From NCBI GenBank assembly GCA_046758365.1, contig JBHIAC010000002.1:1-64000 (forward strand): a DNA stretch of 64,000 nucleotides, in the 5' to 3' direction. Below, piece after piece: positions 1-10,685 of the stretch. Source of the DNA: a bacterium. GTDB taxonomy: Bacteria; Zhuqueibacterota; Zhuqueibacteria; Oceanimicrobiales; Oceanimicrobiaceae. Below the pieces are notes generated by a model. That model searched no databases. It was given only the letters and a program-made list of their open reading frames with translations, and had not been told where the DNA came from. Numbering within the stretch: the stretch's first letter is position 1; each line of letters starts with the position of its first letter. The position numbers and the translations under genes are program-made.

Positions 1-2
1 TA

Positions 3-3000
3 CTGGATCCCACAACGCCAGGGACAAGTGGACAGATTACGGCTGATACCACTGGAATTACAGGTGATACAACAGGGACCATCACCGTAGGCAATATAGC
101 CAAAGTATTAATAATAAGTGCGGCTGGTGGAGCAGGAAATGAAGTTGGTGATTTAACCATCACAGCAGATGACACATTAACTCTATTTGCCGCGGGCTAT
201 GATGCAGGGAATAATTTCATAGGTGATGTTGTCGTTGATTGGACCTCGAGTGGCACATTAACTCCAACAATTAATTCACAAGGAGTTAATAGTGTTACTT
301 TTTCGCCCACAACTGCACCAGCCAGTGGTAAAATTTTTGCCAATCATGCTACCGCTGCTGATGATAGTACAGGCACTATCACAGTGAACCCAGGAGTGCC
401 AGTTGGAACTGTGACCTTGATTCCTACTCCGCCAACTTTACCTGCCGATGGGTTTTCAACGTCTCAAATCACTTCCTCGCTAATTGTAGATTCAGACAAC
501 AATGCAGTCGGGGCCAATAGACAATTTACTGTAGTGTTATCAGATACAAATTTAGGTATGATTACAACCGCAGATGTAGACCCAGGGAGGGCTGGACATC
601 AGATTGCTACCAATTCGAATAGTGAATTAGTTTTTGAGTTTAAAGCAGATACCCTTGGAGGTACAGTGAATATCTTTGTCAGCAGCGTTAATGGCAGCGC
701 TACCGGCAATGCCTTCATTAATATAGGTAGTTTGAGCATATCATCCATTGCCACTTTCCCTGATTTTGTAAGCCAGGGTCAGAGTGGTATTAGTGTTCAA
801 ATGGTGGTTCAAAATTTGAGTCCTTCAACCATAACGAATTTGACCGCAAGTCTAACTTTCACGGGTACGGTTGACCGTACAGGAGAATTTACTCAACAGA
901 GAACTGATAGTTTTACTTCAATTCAACCTCAGGGTCAGCGTACTTTAACATTCGATGTTGCGGTAGATCAGAGTGCCTCTTTAGAACTCATTACTATTGA
1001 CGGTCAGGTTAGTGGGGAAATTGGTGGTACTCCTGTAAATGAACAAGGCGCATTAACACCAGATAGTTGGGCCGTTCAAATTCCTGCTGAATTAAGTGCG
1101 ACAAGTGTAAGCAGTCCTTTTGATACGGTTGTTGTTGGACAACAAGGGAATTCTGTAACTGTTCGAATTGCAAATCCAGCAGGGGTAGGTGCTGCTACCG
1201 CAGTCATCGACAATATTCAATTAAAGTTTTTAAAGGATGGTGTTATTGATAAAACATCTGATTTTCCATTTTCACCTGATGGAGGGAATCCGGCTTCCAT
1301 TCCAGGGGGTCAGGAATTAGAGTTTAATTTTACGGTAGGAGTCGGGGCCACGGCTGATACAGGGAATTATGTTATTGATGTAGAAGTTAGTGGTCATGAT
1401 ACTAATTTTACTAATTTAACACTACAAGATTTAAATGCTACAACGACGCACGATTGGTATGTAAAAACCGCACCAACTTTACAAATACTTTCACTTACAT
1501 CAACGCCTACAAATACGTTCATTGCAGGCCAGACGGATAATTGGACCGTAAGAATGGAGGTAAGAAACAATGGTCAAGATCCTATTAATTTGTCTTTTGA
1601 TTCCGACACAACTTATATTAAATTTATCATAGGTGTTGACCTCACAAGCGAATATACTATTATTCAACCCAGCCAATTGGTTGTGGCAGGTACAAATCGA
1701 TTAAATGGCGGCACTACAGATACCCTTGATTTTGTGATAGATGTAACCGGAACGACCCCTGGCACTGCCTTAATTACTGGTAGTGTTGGAGGCACAGATG
1801 TGATCACCGGCAACCCAATTTTAGATAATACCGATGATGGTGGCACTGGGGTCGTGAATATCATCAGTCAAAGTGCAACGGTCTTTATAGCCCAGACGAA
1901 TCCTGTAACGTTTAACATCTCATTAGGGGTTGGAATTGTTAATACTAGTCAGTCATTTGAAATTATGGTTAATGTCAAAAATGATTTGCAAGAACCGGTT
2001 GAAAATGTCGAAGTAGAACTCTCGTCTAATACCGGCTTGTCAAATATTGTTCAAAGTCCACTAACGATTCCCTTAATTGCCGCAAATGGTACCGGTACGG
2101 CTAATTTTGACATAACAGCTTCATCCACCCCGAATGCGACCGGAGAAATGTTTACAGCAGAAATACTAAGTGCAACCGGACAGCAAAGCCAGACTCCTGC
2201 CCAAATTGGAACGCCATTAGACGATAACGCCATTTTTCGAATTCAAACACCGGCATCTTTGCGTGTGCAATTTACCCAGCTTGAGCCTTTTCAAACAGCC
2301 GGAGATACATTTCAAGTTCAAGCACAGGTAGTTAATTTAGGACAAGCAGAGGTAGACAATTCAGGTCAACTTCGACTTAATAATCCAATTAATTATACTT
2401 TGTTATCTGGAAGCCCGGCTGTGCAATCATTTTCAATAGATAATATAGTTCAGTGGCAAGTGAAAGCCCCGGATACGGCTACCGTCTTAGATACGTTTAT
2501 TGTTGAAATTCTTCAAAGTCCTTTAGAATTTAATACGAATTCGTTAGCTGCAGTGGAAACATCTGCAGATTCGCAAAAGGTTCAAACATTAGATATCGGA
2601 TTAGTGATTCAAGATTTTAGTATCATTAACCCAGCCGGTGCCACGGACAATACGCTGTCAACCGAGCAACGCTTTGAGCTTCAAGCCTCTATAAGTGTAT
2701 CTGAAAATATAGATTCGGTGAGAGCGGATTTATCTTTACCTCAAGATTATGAATTAGCACCAGGTTTCAATAGTTCTCGGTTGTTAACATCCGGACAAGA
2801 AAATGTGCTTTGGGAAGTAGATGTGTCAGACCAGGCCCATCAAATTCCGCGGACCTTTGAAGTTCGTATGCGTGGCTATGATGAAGGTGAAGTAAGAGCA
2901 GATACAACAGCGGAATTGGATGTAGTTGCGGTTGTAAAAGCTATTATGGATTTTGACAATTTCCGGGTATCCAATCCCAGTGGTGCTGATAAAGTTTCTC

Positions 3001-4850
3001 TTGGTCAGGAATTTCAATTATCGGCTTTGGTAAATAATGTTGGACAAGCCGGAGTTGAGGGCACGGCAGAATTGACTTTGGATTTGGCAAATACTGGAAT
3101 TATCAGTCAAGAAACCTTCAGCCAAACTTTTGTTCCGAATGTCCCGGTTATTTGGAATGTAACGGCTCCCAATACTCCCACGCCTTCACAAAGTATCTCG
3201 GTAACCCTTTCCACCATCCCCTTTGATGAAAATACGAATAATACAGCGTCCCATAATCCGCAGCAACTTGTTAGAACACTTTCAATAGAAACAGTTGATG
3301 TGGGAAGTGTTACAATTAATAATGTATTTGTTAGCTCACCTACTGGAGCTCAGGACAGTGTGATTTCTACAGAGCAAGAATTTTTTATTGATGCTGAAAT
3401 AGAATGGAATGATTTGGTTCAGTTGCAAGCAGAAATTGAGTTTCCGTTAAATACTGACTATGTTGTTCTCGACCAAGATGGCAGTCGCTTTCGAAACATC
3501 ACACAGGGGCCTTCAACGACCGTAAGGTGGATATTAAAGGCACCTAGTATTTCATTGTCTGAACATTATATCAAAATTAACACAATGGGGAGGGATGCTA
3601 GTAATACTGAAGTCGAAATTGTTGCAGAACCCGATTCTCTCCCTTTTACGGTTGTTGAAAAAGCCCATCTTAACTTCGGTGCATCGATAACTGATCCGCC
3701 ATCGGCAATAGATAAAATTGTTACTGTTGGACAACTTTTTACAGTGACTGCTGTTTTGCAAAATAATGGGCAAGCTGCTTTGATAGGAGAAGATAGTTTA
3801 AGGATCACACTTCCATCGGGTTATACAACCTCAGAACCGTTAGTTAAAAGTATAATGCCTGAGGGGCAAATTACCTGGCAAATAAAAGCCCCTGATGATC
3901 CAACGACAATTTTGGACATAGTTGTTGAAGTGATAGACCGAAATGCTGTTGATGAAAACACGAATCAATTGCCGCCTTTAACACCGACTCCACCTGAGAT
4001 TGTAATCCCTGTTCAAACACAAGCTATTGGACTTAATTTGTCGTTATTAAATGATAGAAAACCAACCACGATTGTCCGTGGAGCAACTGACGTACCAATT
4101 TTTGGTTTAAAATTTGCAAATACCAGCGATGCAGACATAGTCATTGAAAATATTAATATGAACGTGAATGATAAAGAGGGAAATAGTATTTCACCCAATT
4201 CTGTAATTACACGATTAACTGTGGTAGATTATTTTAATACTAGCGTAATTTTTAGAGAGCTCGTATCATTACCTGAGACTAATCCAATGGTACTTGATTT
4301 TAGTCCAGCGATTTCTATTCTGCCAAGCCAATCTCAATCCATTGAGTTTCGGGTAGATATTGCCTCACAAACCGAAACCAATAATTTTCGATTATCCATT
4401 GATTCCCCTCAAGATGATATTTTAGCTAAAGATGTGGGATCCGATAGTCTTGTCACCATCAGGGATGATTCATCTGGGTTAACTATTGTTAATGTTTTAA
4501 CCCCGGGTTTTTCAGTTCTAATCGATCCAAATTTAGAAGCGAGTTTTTTTAATTTTCCAAATCCTTTTGGACAGAACTCAAGAGATATTACAAAATTTAA
4601 CTACAACCTTACTCAAGATTCTGATATAACAATTAGAATTTATACCCTCTTAGGAGAGTTGGTTTGGTCTATTTCACACAGTGCAAGTGATCCAGAAGGC
4701 AGAGTAGGAACCCACGATGGTAAGCAGCAACCCACAATTGTGTGGGATGGTACTAATGATAAAGGTCAAAAAGTCCTGAACGGGGTTTATGTTGCTGTAT
4801 TAACCACAAACGACGGGAAGGCTTTAACAAAAATTGCTTTAGCAAAATAA
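3..4850 (+). CDS. Very large secreted/surface protein, 5'-truncated by the window: tandem Ig-like (CARDB/NEW3-like) repeats and a C-terminal FlgD-Ig/T9SS-type sorting domain
   Basis: The frame is open from position 3 (LDPTTPGTSGQIT...), so 384 is not the true start. It has Thr/Ser/Val-rich beta repeats and the C-terminus 'FFNFPNPF...IRIYTLLGELV...WDGTNDKGQKVLNGVY'. Confidence 0.85.
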   Translation: MDPTTPGTSGQITADTTGITGDTTGTITVGNIAKVLIISAAGGAGNEVGDLTITADDTLTLFAAGYDAGNNFIGDVVVDWTSSGTLTPTINSQGVNSVTFSPTTAPASGKIFANHATAADDSTGTITVNPGVPVGTVTLIPTPPTLPADGFSTSQITSSLIVDSDNNAVGANRQFTVVLSDTNLGMITTADVDPGRAGHQIATNSNSELVFEFKADTLGGTVNIFVSSVNGSATGNAFINIGSLSISSIATFPDFVSQGQSGISVQMVVQNLSPSTITNLTASLTFTGTVDRTGEFTQQRTDSFTSIQPQGQRTLTFDVAVDQSASLELITIDGQVSGEIGGTPVNEQGALTPDSWAVQIPAELSATSVSSPFDTVVVGQQGNSVTVRIANPAGVGAATAVIDNIQLKFLKDGVIDKTSDFPFSPDGGNPASIPGGQELEFNFTVGVGATADTGNYVIDVEVSGHDTNFTNLTLQDLNATTTHDWYVKTAPTLQILSLTSTPTNTFIAGQTDNWTVRMEVRNNGQDPINLSFDSDTTYIKFIIGVDLTSEYTIIQPSQLVVAGTNRLNGGTTDTLDFVIDVTGTTPGTALITGSVGGTDVITGNPILDNTDDGGTGVVNIISQSATVFIAQTNPVTFNISLGVGIVNTSQSFEIMVNVKNDLQEPVENVEVELSSNTGLSNIVQSPLTIPLIAANGTGTANFDITASSTPNATGEMFTAEILSATGQQSQTPAQIGTPLDDNAIFRIQTPASLRVQFTQLEPFQTAGDTFQVQAQVVNLGQAEVDNSGQLRLNNPINYTLLSGSPAVQSFSIDNIVQWQVKAPDTATVLDTFIVEILQSPLEFNTNSLAAVETSADSQKVQTLDIGLVIQDFSIINPAGATDNTLSTEQRFELQASISVSENIDSVRADLSLPQDYELAPGFNSSRLLTSGQENVLWEVDVSDQAHQIPRTFEVRMRGYDEGEVRADTTAELDVVAVVKAIMDFDNFRVSNPSGADKVSLGQEFQLSALVNNVGQAGVEGTAELTLDLANTGIISQETFSQTFVPNVPVIWNVTAPNTPTPSQSISVTLSTIPFDENTNNTASHNPQQLVRTLSIETVDVGSVTINNVFVSSPTGAQDSVISTEQEFFIDAEIEWNDLVQLQAEIEFPLNTDYVVLDQDGSRFRNITQGPSTTVRWILKAPSISLSEHYIKINTMGRDASNTEVEIVAEPDSLPFTVVEKAHLNFGASITDPPSAIDKIVTVGQLFTVTAVLQNNGQAALIGEDSLRITLPSGYTTSEPLVKSIMPEGQITWQIKAPDDPTTILDIVVEVIDRNAVDENTNQLPPLTPTPPEIVIPVQTQAIGLNLSLLNDRKPTTIVRGATDVPIFGLKFANTSDADIVIENINMNVNDKEGNSISPNSVITRLTVVDYFNTSVIFRELVSLPETNPMVLDFSPAISILPSQSQSIEFRVDIASQTETNNFRLSIDSPQDDILAKDVGSDSLVTIRDDSSGLTIVNVLTPGFSVLIDPNLEASFFNFPNPFGQNSRDITKFNYNLTQDSDITIRIYTLLGELVWSISHSASDPEGRVGTHDGKQQPTIVWDGTNDKGQKVLNGVYVAVLTTNDGKALTKIALAK

Positions 4851-4854
4851 TTTT

Positions 4855-6918
4855 GTGAGAAAGATGATGTTAGATAAATTTTTATACAATTTCCTAAAAA
4901 GAACCTCAGGGGTGATATTTATTTTAATAATAATTCTATTCATTTATATACCTACTAACTCTTATGCTCAATCAGGTGTAGGGGGTACCAAGAGCACATT
5001 TTTAAGTGTAGGGGCACGAGCACTGGCTTTAGGTAATGCTTATGTTGCTCTTTCTGAGGATCCGACGGCTGTTTTCTGGAATCCGGCTGGTCTTGACTAT
5101 TTAGAGAAAAAAAGCACCAGCTTTTACTATACAAGTTTGATTGCGGGTTCAAATTTTAGTTTTGTAGGATTTGTGTATCCCACGGTATCTATTGGTAGTT
5201 TTGGTTTTGGCTGGTTGAGATTAGGGACCGGGGATATTGAAGAAAGAGGTTCAGACGCTGAACCTGGAGCTAATTTTGATTTCAGTCAACAGCAATTTCT
5301 CTTTTCGTATGCCAAGCAACTGAAAAAGAGTTTCAGCATTGGTCTTACTGTAAAAATTGAGAGTTTCAGTTTTTCTATACAAAACCTCTCAGATTCGGGG
5401 GTTGGGGCAGATTTAGGGTTATTATATCGACCAGATTTTGATAGTGCAATTTTACGGGACCTTTCATTAGGAATAAATATTCAAAACATCATAAATCCGA
5501 AAACTCGGTTGGTGGATATGTCTGAATCATCCCCTATAAATTTCAAAATTGGCTTGGCTAAACCAGTTCGATTTGGGGAAGCACGCAATGCATTTACATT
5601 GCTGTTTGATATAAATAAAAGCGAAAGTGCACCTATGATGTATAACTTGGGGGGCGAGTACTCTTTTCATAATCAAGCCATGTTACGAATAGGGGTAAAT
5701 GATGGCCAAATTGCATTTGGCGCCGGCGCAAGCTATAGTAATTTTCACATCGATTATTCTTTTGGTAAACTGTTTGATGGACCGGATTTTTCTGCAAACC
5801 ATCGTTTTTCTGTTACTATTGAATTTGGTAAAGGTAAAACAGAGTTAATCCGTATTGCTCGCGAACGACGTGAAAGAGAAATGCGGCTACAAGTTGAGAA
5901 TCAGATGTGGTTTTCACGGGAAATTGAATTTAACAATAGTATGGAAGAAGGACGCGATAAATATTTTAACGGAGACTACCTGGGTGCATATGTAGACTTC
6001 TCAAATGCTTTTGAAGCAGCTAATACTCTTGTGGAAGTGGCTATGAGGTTAAGAGGTGAAAATATTCAAGACGAAAAAGCCAACATACGAGTTGAAACAG
6101 CGAATTCTGCGTTACAAGAATCCCGGACCATGTTAGAACTTGCCGATGCAAAACGTGATTCTGTTCAGAAAGAAGAGCAGAAACAAATAGTTTTGCAGGC
6201 GAAAAAATCGGCTTTGGAACAAGAACTGCAGGACTTTATTCTAGAGCATCGACAAAAAGGCAATGCCTTTTTCAAGAATGGCGACTTCACTAGAGCTATT
6301 AGAGAATGGCAACTAGCTTTAAATAGAATTGCAGCAAATAAAAGTAATAACTTACCTAACTGGGTCGAAGATGTAAGGCTGCAGATTATAAATGATATTA
6401 ATACCACCGAAAAGCAACTACAAGGCAACATTAAAGAAAAGATTAGACAAGCTGACGCCTTAGCACGGAGAGGCGATTACGTTCAAGCCTTGGCTGTGTT
6501 AAATGAGTTAAGAGGTGCAGAGTTATCAGAAGAGGAACGGAGTACTATTAGGAGTAAAATTACAAAAATACAAACACAACTTAATTTTCAACAAAATTAT
6601 GAGCAGGGTATTCGCCATTATGCTAATAAAGAATACAAAAAAGCCATGGAATATTTTGAAAGGGCGCTAAGAATCAAATCCAAAGACCCGAGAGCACGTA
6701 AGTTTTTTGAAGACGCCAAAGCCCGGGCCCAGGCCAAAATTCAGGAAATGCCCCCTGATATACAAGCAAAGTATGTCCGTGCGATTCAGCTCTATCGTCA
6801 AAAAATGTTTAAAGAAGCACTGGAAATATTAGAACAAATCCGAGTAAAGCAACCGTATAATAAACGAATTTTGGATTTGATTGATCGAGCAAAAGATCGT
6901 TTAAAGGAAAATAGATAG
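4855..6918 (+). CDS. PorV/PorQ-family outer-membrane barrel fused to a coiled-coil and TPR repeats
   Basis: Signal peptide, PorV-type motif 'GARALALGNAYVALSEDPTAVFWNPAGL', barrel end 'HRFSVTIEFG', then TPR-like helices such as 'YEQGIRHYANKEYKKAMEYFERALRI'. Confidence 0.8.
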   Translation: MRKMMLDKFLYNFLKRTSGVIFILIIILFIYIPTNSYAQSGVGGTKSTFLSVGARALALGNAYVALSEDPTAVFWNPAGLDYLEKKSTSFYYTSLIAGSNFSFVGFVYPTVSIGSFGFGWLRLGTGDIEERGSDAEPGANFDFSQQQFLFSYAKQLKKSFSIGLTVKIESFSFSIQNLSDSGVGADLGLLYRPDFDSAILRDLSLGINIQNIINPKTRLVDMSESSPINFKIGLAKPVRFGEARNAFTLLFDINKSESAPMMYNLGGEYSFHNQAMLRIGVNDGQIAFGAGASYSNFHIDYSFGKLFDGPDFSANHRFSVTIEFGKGKTELIRIARERREREMRLQVENQMWFSREIEFNNSMEEGRDKYFNGDYLGAYVDFSNAFEAANTLVEVAMRLRGENIQDEKANIRVETANSALQESRTMLELADAKRDSVQKEEQKQIVLQAKKSALEQELQDFILEHRQKGNAFFKNGDFTRAIREWQLALNRIAANKSNNLPNWVEDVRLQIINDINTTEKQLQGNIKEKIRQADALARRGDYVQALAVLNELRGAELSEEERSTIRSKITKIQTQLNFQQNYEQGIRHYANKEYKKAMEYFERALRIKSKDPRARKFFEDAKARAQAKIQEMPPDIQAKYVRAIQLYRQKMFKEALEILEQIRVKQPYNKRILDLIDRAKDRLKENR

Positions 6919-6926
6919 GTATTACA

Positions 6927-9900
6927 TTGTTTAAAAGGGTAGAAAAAGAACAATTAAAAGTACCGGCCCATATTGATTATTTGGGCGACTTACGCGATTT
7001 TGTCACCCAGGTTGGTAAAAAATATAGATTTTCAGATAAGCTCATTAATGCATTTAAATTAGCTATAGACGAAGCCGCCACTAACATCATACGGCATGCC
7101 TACCGAGAAAATAATGGCTTTATTACTGTGCGTTCTATTGTAAAAGAGAACAGTCTTACCATATCACTCATTGACCAGGGGACTTATTTTGATCCAAAAC
7201 GAGTTAAAGAACCAGATCTGAGGCGTTATATTGATATTGGGAAAAAAGGGGGCTTGGGCATTTTCATAATGCGCAAGGTAATGGATGAAATTGACTATCG
7301 CAGAACCGAAGAAGGTAATGAACTGAGAATAACCAAATATCGAGAAACCCCACAAAAGAAAAAACTTTTTACCACTGTGTCCTCTATTCCTCTTTCTATC
7401 AAAGCTAAATATTTCTTTCGGACTATTGCTATAATTACTCTAATGATTACGGTGGGTTATTTTTATTTTTACATCAAAACAGATGATTATGTCATTTCTG
7501 AGTTAATTATTTCCGGCCGAGCTACCTGCAGTCAAATAATAAACCGCATTAGTTCAGCACCAACAGAAGAGTTGGTGTTTATCGAAGATATTGTTCATCC
7601 TTTATATGAAGAAAATAAAGATAAAATCTACCGTTTATCTGTTGAAGATAGTACAGGAATTATTGTTTACAGTTCAAATTTGTCTGAAATGTTAAGGCAA
7701 TTTATCCGTCCCAGTAGAGTTGAATTAATTGAACCAGGAGTTTATAGGTATTACTTAGTTCAGGGAGTAAAAGTCTTTGAATTTGAATATCCAATCAAAA
7801 TAAAGGATACTAACAAATATTATGGAAAGACTCATGTATTCCTGTCAACAGAATCGGCAGATAAAGCCATAAGTGCCATACGTCTTAATGACTTAAAATT
7901 AGCCTTGTTTATTTTAGGTCTTAGTACTACCGGTGTAGCAGTGTTGATTTATCTAGTTATGATTCCTTTCAGTAAACTCGCTGATTGGGTCAAGGAATTG
8001 GGTCACGGAGAAATTGATGATGAAATTGATATTGATGCTTCCACTGAAATTGGAGAAATTGCTCAGGCATTTAGTGATATTACCCAAAAGTTTCGAGAAT
8101 CTCAAAAAAACTTAGCTGATCAGGAACGTCTTCAGAAAGAGATGCAGGTAGCTCAAGAAATTCAACAAACCCTGCTCCCTATGGAGTTTCCTGAATTGGA
8201 AGGATATGAAATTGCCTCCTATTATGAAGCTGCGAAAGAGGTAGGCGGTGATTATTATGATTTTGTCGAGGTAGATAAAGATTCTTTGGGTATAGCGGTG
8301 GCTGACGTTTCTGGAAAAGGCGTTCCTGGGTCTCTTGTAATGACCATGATTCGAACGGCTCTTCGAACAGAAGCTCGGGGGGTTAAAGATGCTGCCGAAG
8401 TACTTTCTCGGGTAAATACATTTGTCAGTGGAGACATCAAAAAGGGTATGTTTGTCACTATTTTCTATTTAATAATTGACTCCAAAAAACGTCGTCTAAA
8501 TTACGCCAGCGCCGGACACAACCCTATGATTTTATATAGAGGGAGTACGAAGAAAACTTACTATCTGAATCCAAAAGGATTTCCTATTGGAATTCAATTA
8601 CCTCAAAGAGATATATTTCGTAATTATATTGAATCAGATACGATTCAATTAGCTGAAGATGATATCCTTCTGGTTTATACCGATGGTATAACAGAAGCTA
8701 TGAACTCTAGACGAGAGCTTTTGGGTGAAGAACGTTTACTCAAGATATTAAGGGAATTTGGACATCTCCCAGTAAATTCTTTTGTGGACAAGCTGAAAGA
8801 AGGGATTTATTCCTTCACAGAGGGGAGTCCGCAGTTTGATGACATTACCTTAGTAGCGATTAAAGAAAAATCATCTCGAGAAAAAGATGAACTCCGAAGA
8901 GCAAAAGAAGCGCACAAATTAATTGGTGAAGAAATGAGTATTCGAGAGGCCTGTGAAACCGTCGGTATTACAACTTACGCCTATTATAATAAATACAAAC
9001 GCATCTTCGAAGAAGAAGGCATTGAATCTTTTGAAATTGACCCAGATGTATCCGTAGAAGCAAAGCATCTTAGTATTGAAGAAAAAACCAGAATATTTGA
9101 TATTATTGCCAGCCATCCGGAATATGGAGCCAGTCGAATTAGCACGGAACTTAATACAGAGAAGTATGGTTTTACCCAAATTAGCGAAAGTAAAATATAC
9201 GAAGAGTTGGTAAGAAATAGACTAAACACGCGTCAACTTAGGGAGGCATTTGTTGAGAAAGGTAAAAGGGGTCGCAGAAGACTAAAGCCACCTGGAACAC
9301 CTCTGTTAACTCTTGATGGTAAGTTAATAATAGATCGACAATTGGATATTGCAGAAAACGAAGAAAAGTTCACACCTCAAAACATTAGACCAAATGAAAA
9401 AGAGGAAACAACCGAAGATCAGGAAGTAAAAACTGATCAACGCATTGAGACAAGTCATAAAACATTTGAACCTTCAATCACAGAAGAGAAAATTGATGAA
9501 ACATCTGTTACTAATATCACGGAGTCAGAGATAGAAGCAGAAGCTCTAATTGATTCTTCCATCGAGGAGATTTTATCGAAAGATTATATAGAAGAAACAG
9601 AAACCCAAGATAAAGCGCCAGAGATGAGTACCGAAATCATTAAAGAAGAAAACCAGAAAGAAGTTAGAGAAATGGAAGATTCTCAAGATTTAATTGAAGA
9701 ATTTGTTCCAGAAACTAATTTATCTGAAGCAATTTCCGACTTAGATGAAGAACAGAATATTCTTTCACAATTTGAAGAAGAGATTCCTGAAACTTCACAA
9801 AATGATGAAATATCATTTGAAGAGCTTTTTGAAAATGTCGATTTTTCAAATGATACTCATGAAGATAAGCTAAATTCTTCAGATATTGAAGAGTTGGTAG

Positions 9901-10562
9901 ATGAAGACCTATCGACTTCTTCCGTAGAAGAATTACTTGCCCATGATTCGATTGAGGATTTCAGTGCTAATACCGATATTACTTCTGAAGAAATAATTAG
10001 TTCTAACGTTGATAATGATGCAGATGAATTCGAGGAAGATAGTGTCTCGTTTTCCGATTTGCTCAAAACTTTAGATGATGAGATGGTCTATTTTTCAAAA
10101 CAGTATGAAAATAACCAAAGTCAATCAAAGGATTTACAAACCGTAAAGCATGATTCAGAAACAGAAGAACCTACTCAAGAGTTTGATAAATCTAGTACTC
10201 ATTTAAATAAAAAAGAAATGTTATTAATAAGTGGAATCAAATACTATAAGAATAAAGATTATGAAAATGCTATAAAAGAGTTTAAAAAAGTTATTGATAT
10301 TTATCCCGATTTTAAAGAGGCTTATAGTATATTAGGAAACGCCTATTTTAGAAATCAAATGTACACCGAAGCTGCTACGGCTTATGAGAGAGTGAAGCAA
10401 ATGGATCCCAATGATATAACGGCTTATGAAAATATGGGAGTCATTCATGCAAATCGAGGAGAATATACCCAAGCGATAGAAGAATGGAAAAAAGTTCTTG
10501 AATTAAATCCAGAAAGAACCGATATAAAGAAAAAGATCAAAAAAGCTTTACAGAAGATGTAA
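6927..10562 (+). CDS. Membrane sensor fusion: RsbW-like HATPase, 2 TM plus periplasmic domain, HAMP, SpoIIE/PP2C phosphatase, HTH module, acidic linker, TPR
   Basis: N-box 'LAIDEAATNIIRHAY', 'DQGTYFDP' and 'GGLGIFIMRKVMD'; PP2C motifs 'VGGDYYDF', 'ADVSGKG', 'SAGHNP', 'YTDGITEA' and 'DDIT'; C-terminal TPRs. TTG start. Confidence 0.85.
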   Translation: MFKRVEKEQLKVPAHIDYLGDLRDFVTQVGKKYRFSDKLINAFKLAIDEAATNIIRHAYRENNGFITVRSIVKENSLTISLIDQGTYFDPKRVKEPDLRRYIDIGKKGGLGIFIMRKVMDEIDYRRTEEGNELRITKYRETPQKKKLFTTVSSIPLSIKAKYFFRTIAIITLMITVGYFYFYIKTDDYVISELIISGRATCSQIINRISSAPTEELVFIEDIVHPLYEENKDKIYRLSVEDSTGIIVYSSNLSEMLRQFIRPSRVELIEPGVYRYYLVQGVKVFEFEYPIKIKDTNKYYGKTHVFLSTESADKAISAIRLNDLKLALFILGLSTTGVAVLIYLVMIPFSKLADWVKELGHGEIDDEIDIDASTEIGEIAQAFSDITQKFRESQKNLADQERLQKEMQVAQEIQQTLLPMEFPELEGYEIASYYEAAKEVGGDYYDFVEVDKDSLGIAVADVSGKGVPGSLVMTMIRTALRTEARGVKDAAEVLSRVNTFVSGDIKKGMFVTIFYLIIDSKKRRLNYASAGHNPMILYRGSTKKTYYLNPKGFPIGIQLPQRDIFRNYIESDTIQLAEDDILLVYTDGITEAMNSRRELLGEERLLKILREFGHLPVNSFVDKLKEGIYSFTEGSPQFDDITLVAIKEKSSREKDELRRAKEAHKLIGEEMSIREACETVGITTYAYYNKYKRIFEEEGIESFEIDPDVSVEAKHLSIEEKTRIFDIIASHPEYGASRISTELNTEKYGFTQISESKIYEELVRNRLNTRQLREAFVEKGKRGRRRLKPPGTPLLTLDGKLIIDRQLDIAENEEKFTPQNIRPNEKEETTEDQEVKTDQRIETSHKTFEPSITEEKIDETSVTNITESEIEAEALIDSSIEEILSKDYIEETETQDKAPEMSTEIIKEENQKEVREMEDSQDLIEEFVPETNLSEAISDLDEEQNILSQFEEEIPETSQNDEISFEELFENVDFSNDTHEDKLNSSDIEELVDEDLSTSSVEELLAHDSIEDFSANTDITSEEIISSNVDNDADEFEEDSVSFSDLLKTLDDEMVYFSKQYENNQSQSKDLQTVKHDSETEEPTQEFDKSSTHLNKKEMLLISGIKYYKNKDYENAIKEFKKVIDIYPDFKEAYSILGNAYFRNQMYTEAATAYERVKQMDPNDITAYENMGVIHANRGEYTQAIEEWKKVLELNPERTDIKKKIKKALQKM

Positions 10563-10607
10563 TTGTAAATAATTTACAAATCAATCAGAATTTATAGTTT
10601 GTTTCTA

Positions 10608-10636
10608 TTGACTTTTAATCTTAATTCTATTATATT
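10608..10636 (+). promoter_or_regulatory. Putative sigma70 promoter of the STAS gene
   Basis: TTGACT-N17-TATATT, with AGGAG Shine-Dalgarno at 10675-10679 before ATG 10686. Confidence 0.5.
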
Positions 10637-10685
10637 TAAAACTATTATGTTAGTAATAATAAAATAACTTTACTAGGAGTTTTCC

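Noticed and set aside
8880..9265. Recent IS insertion in the sensor gene
   Set aside because: The segment is in frame, has no DDE domain, TIR or target duplication, and has a counterpart in the STAS gene. Domestication fits better.
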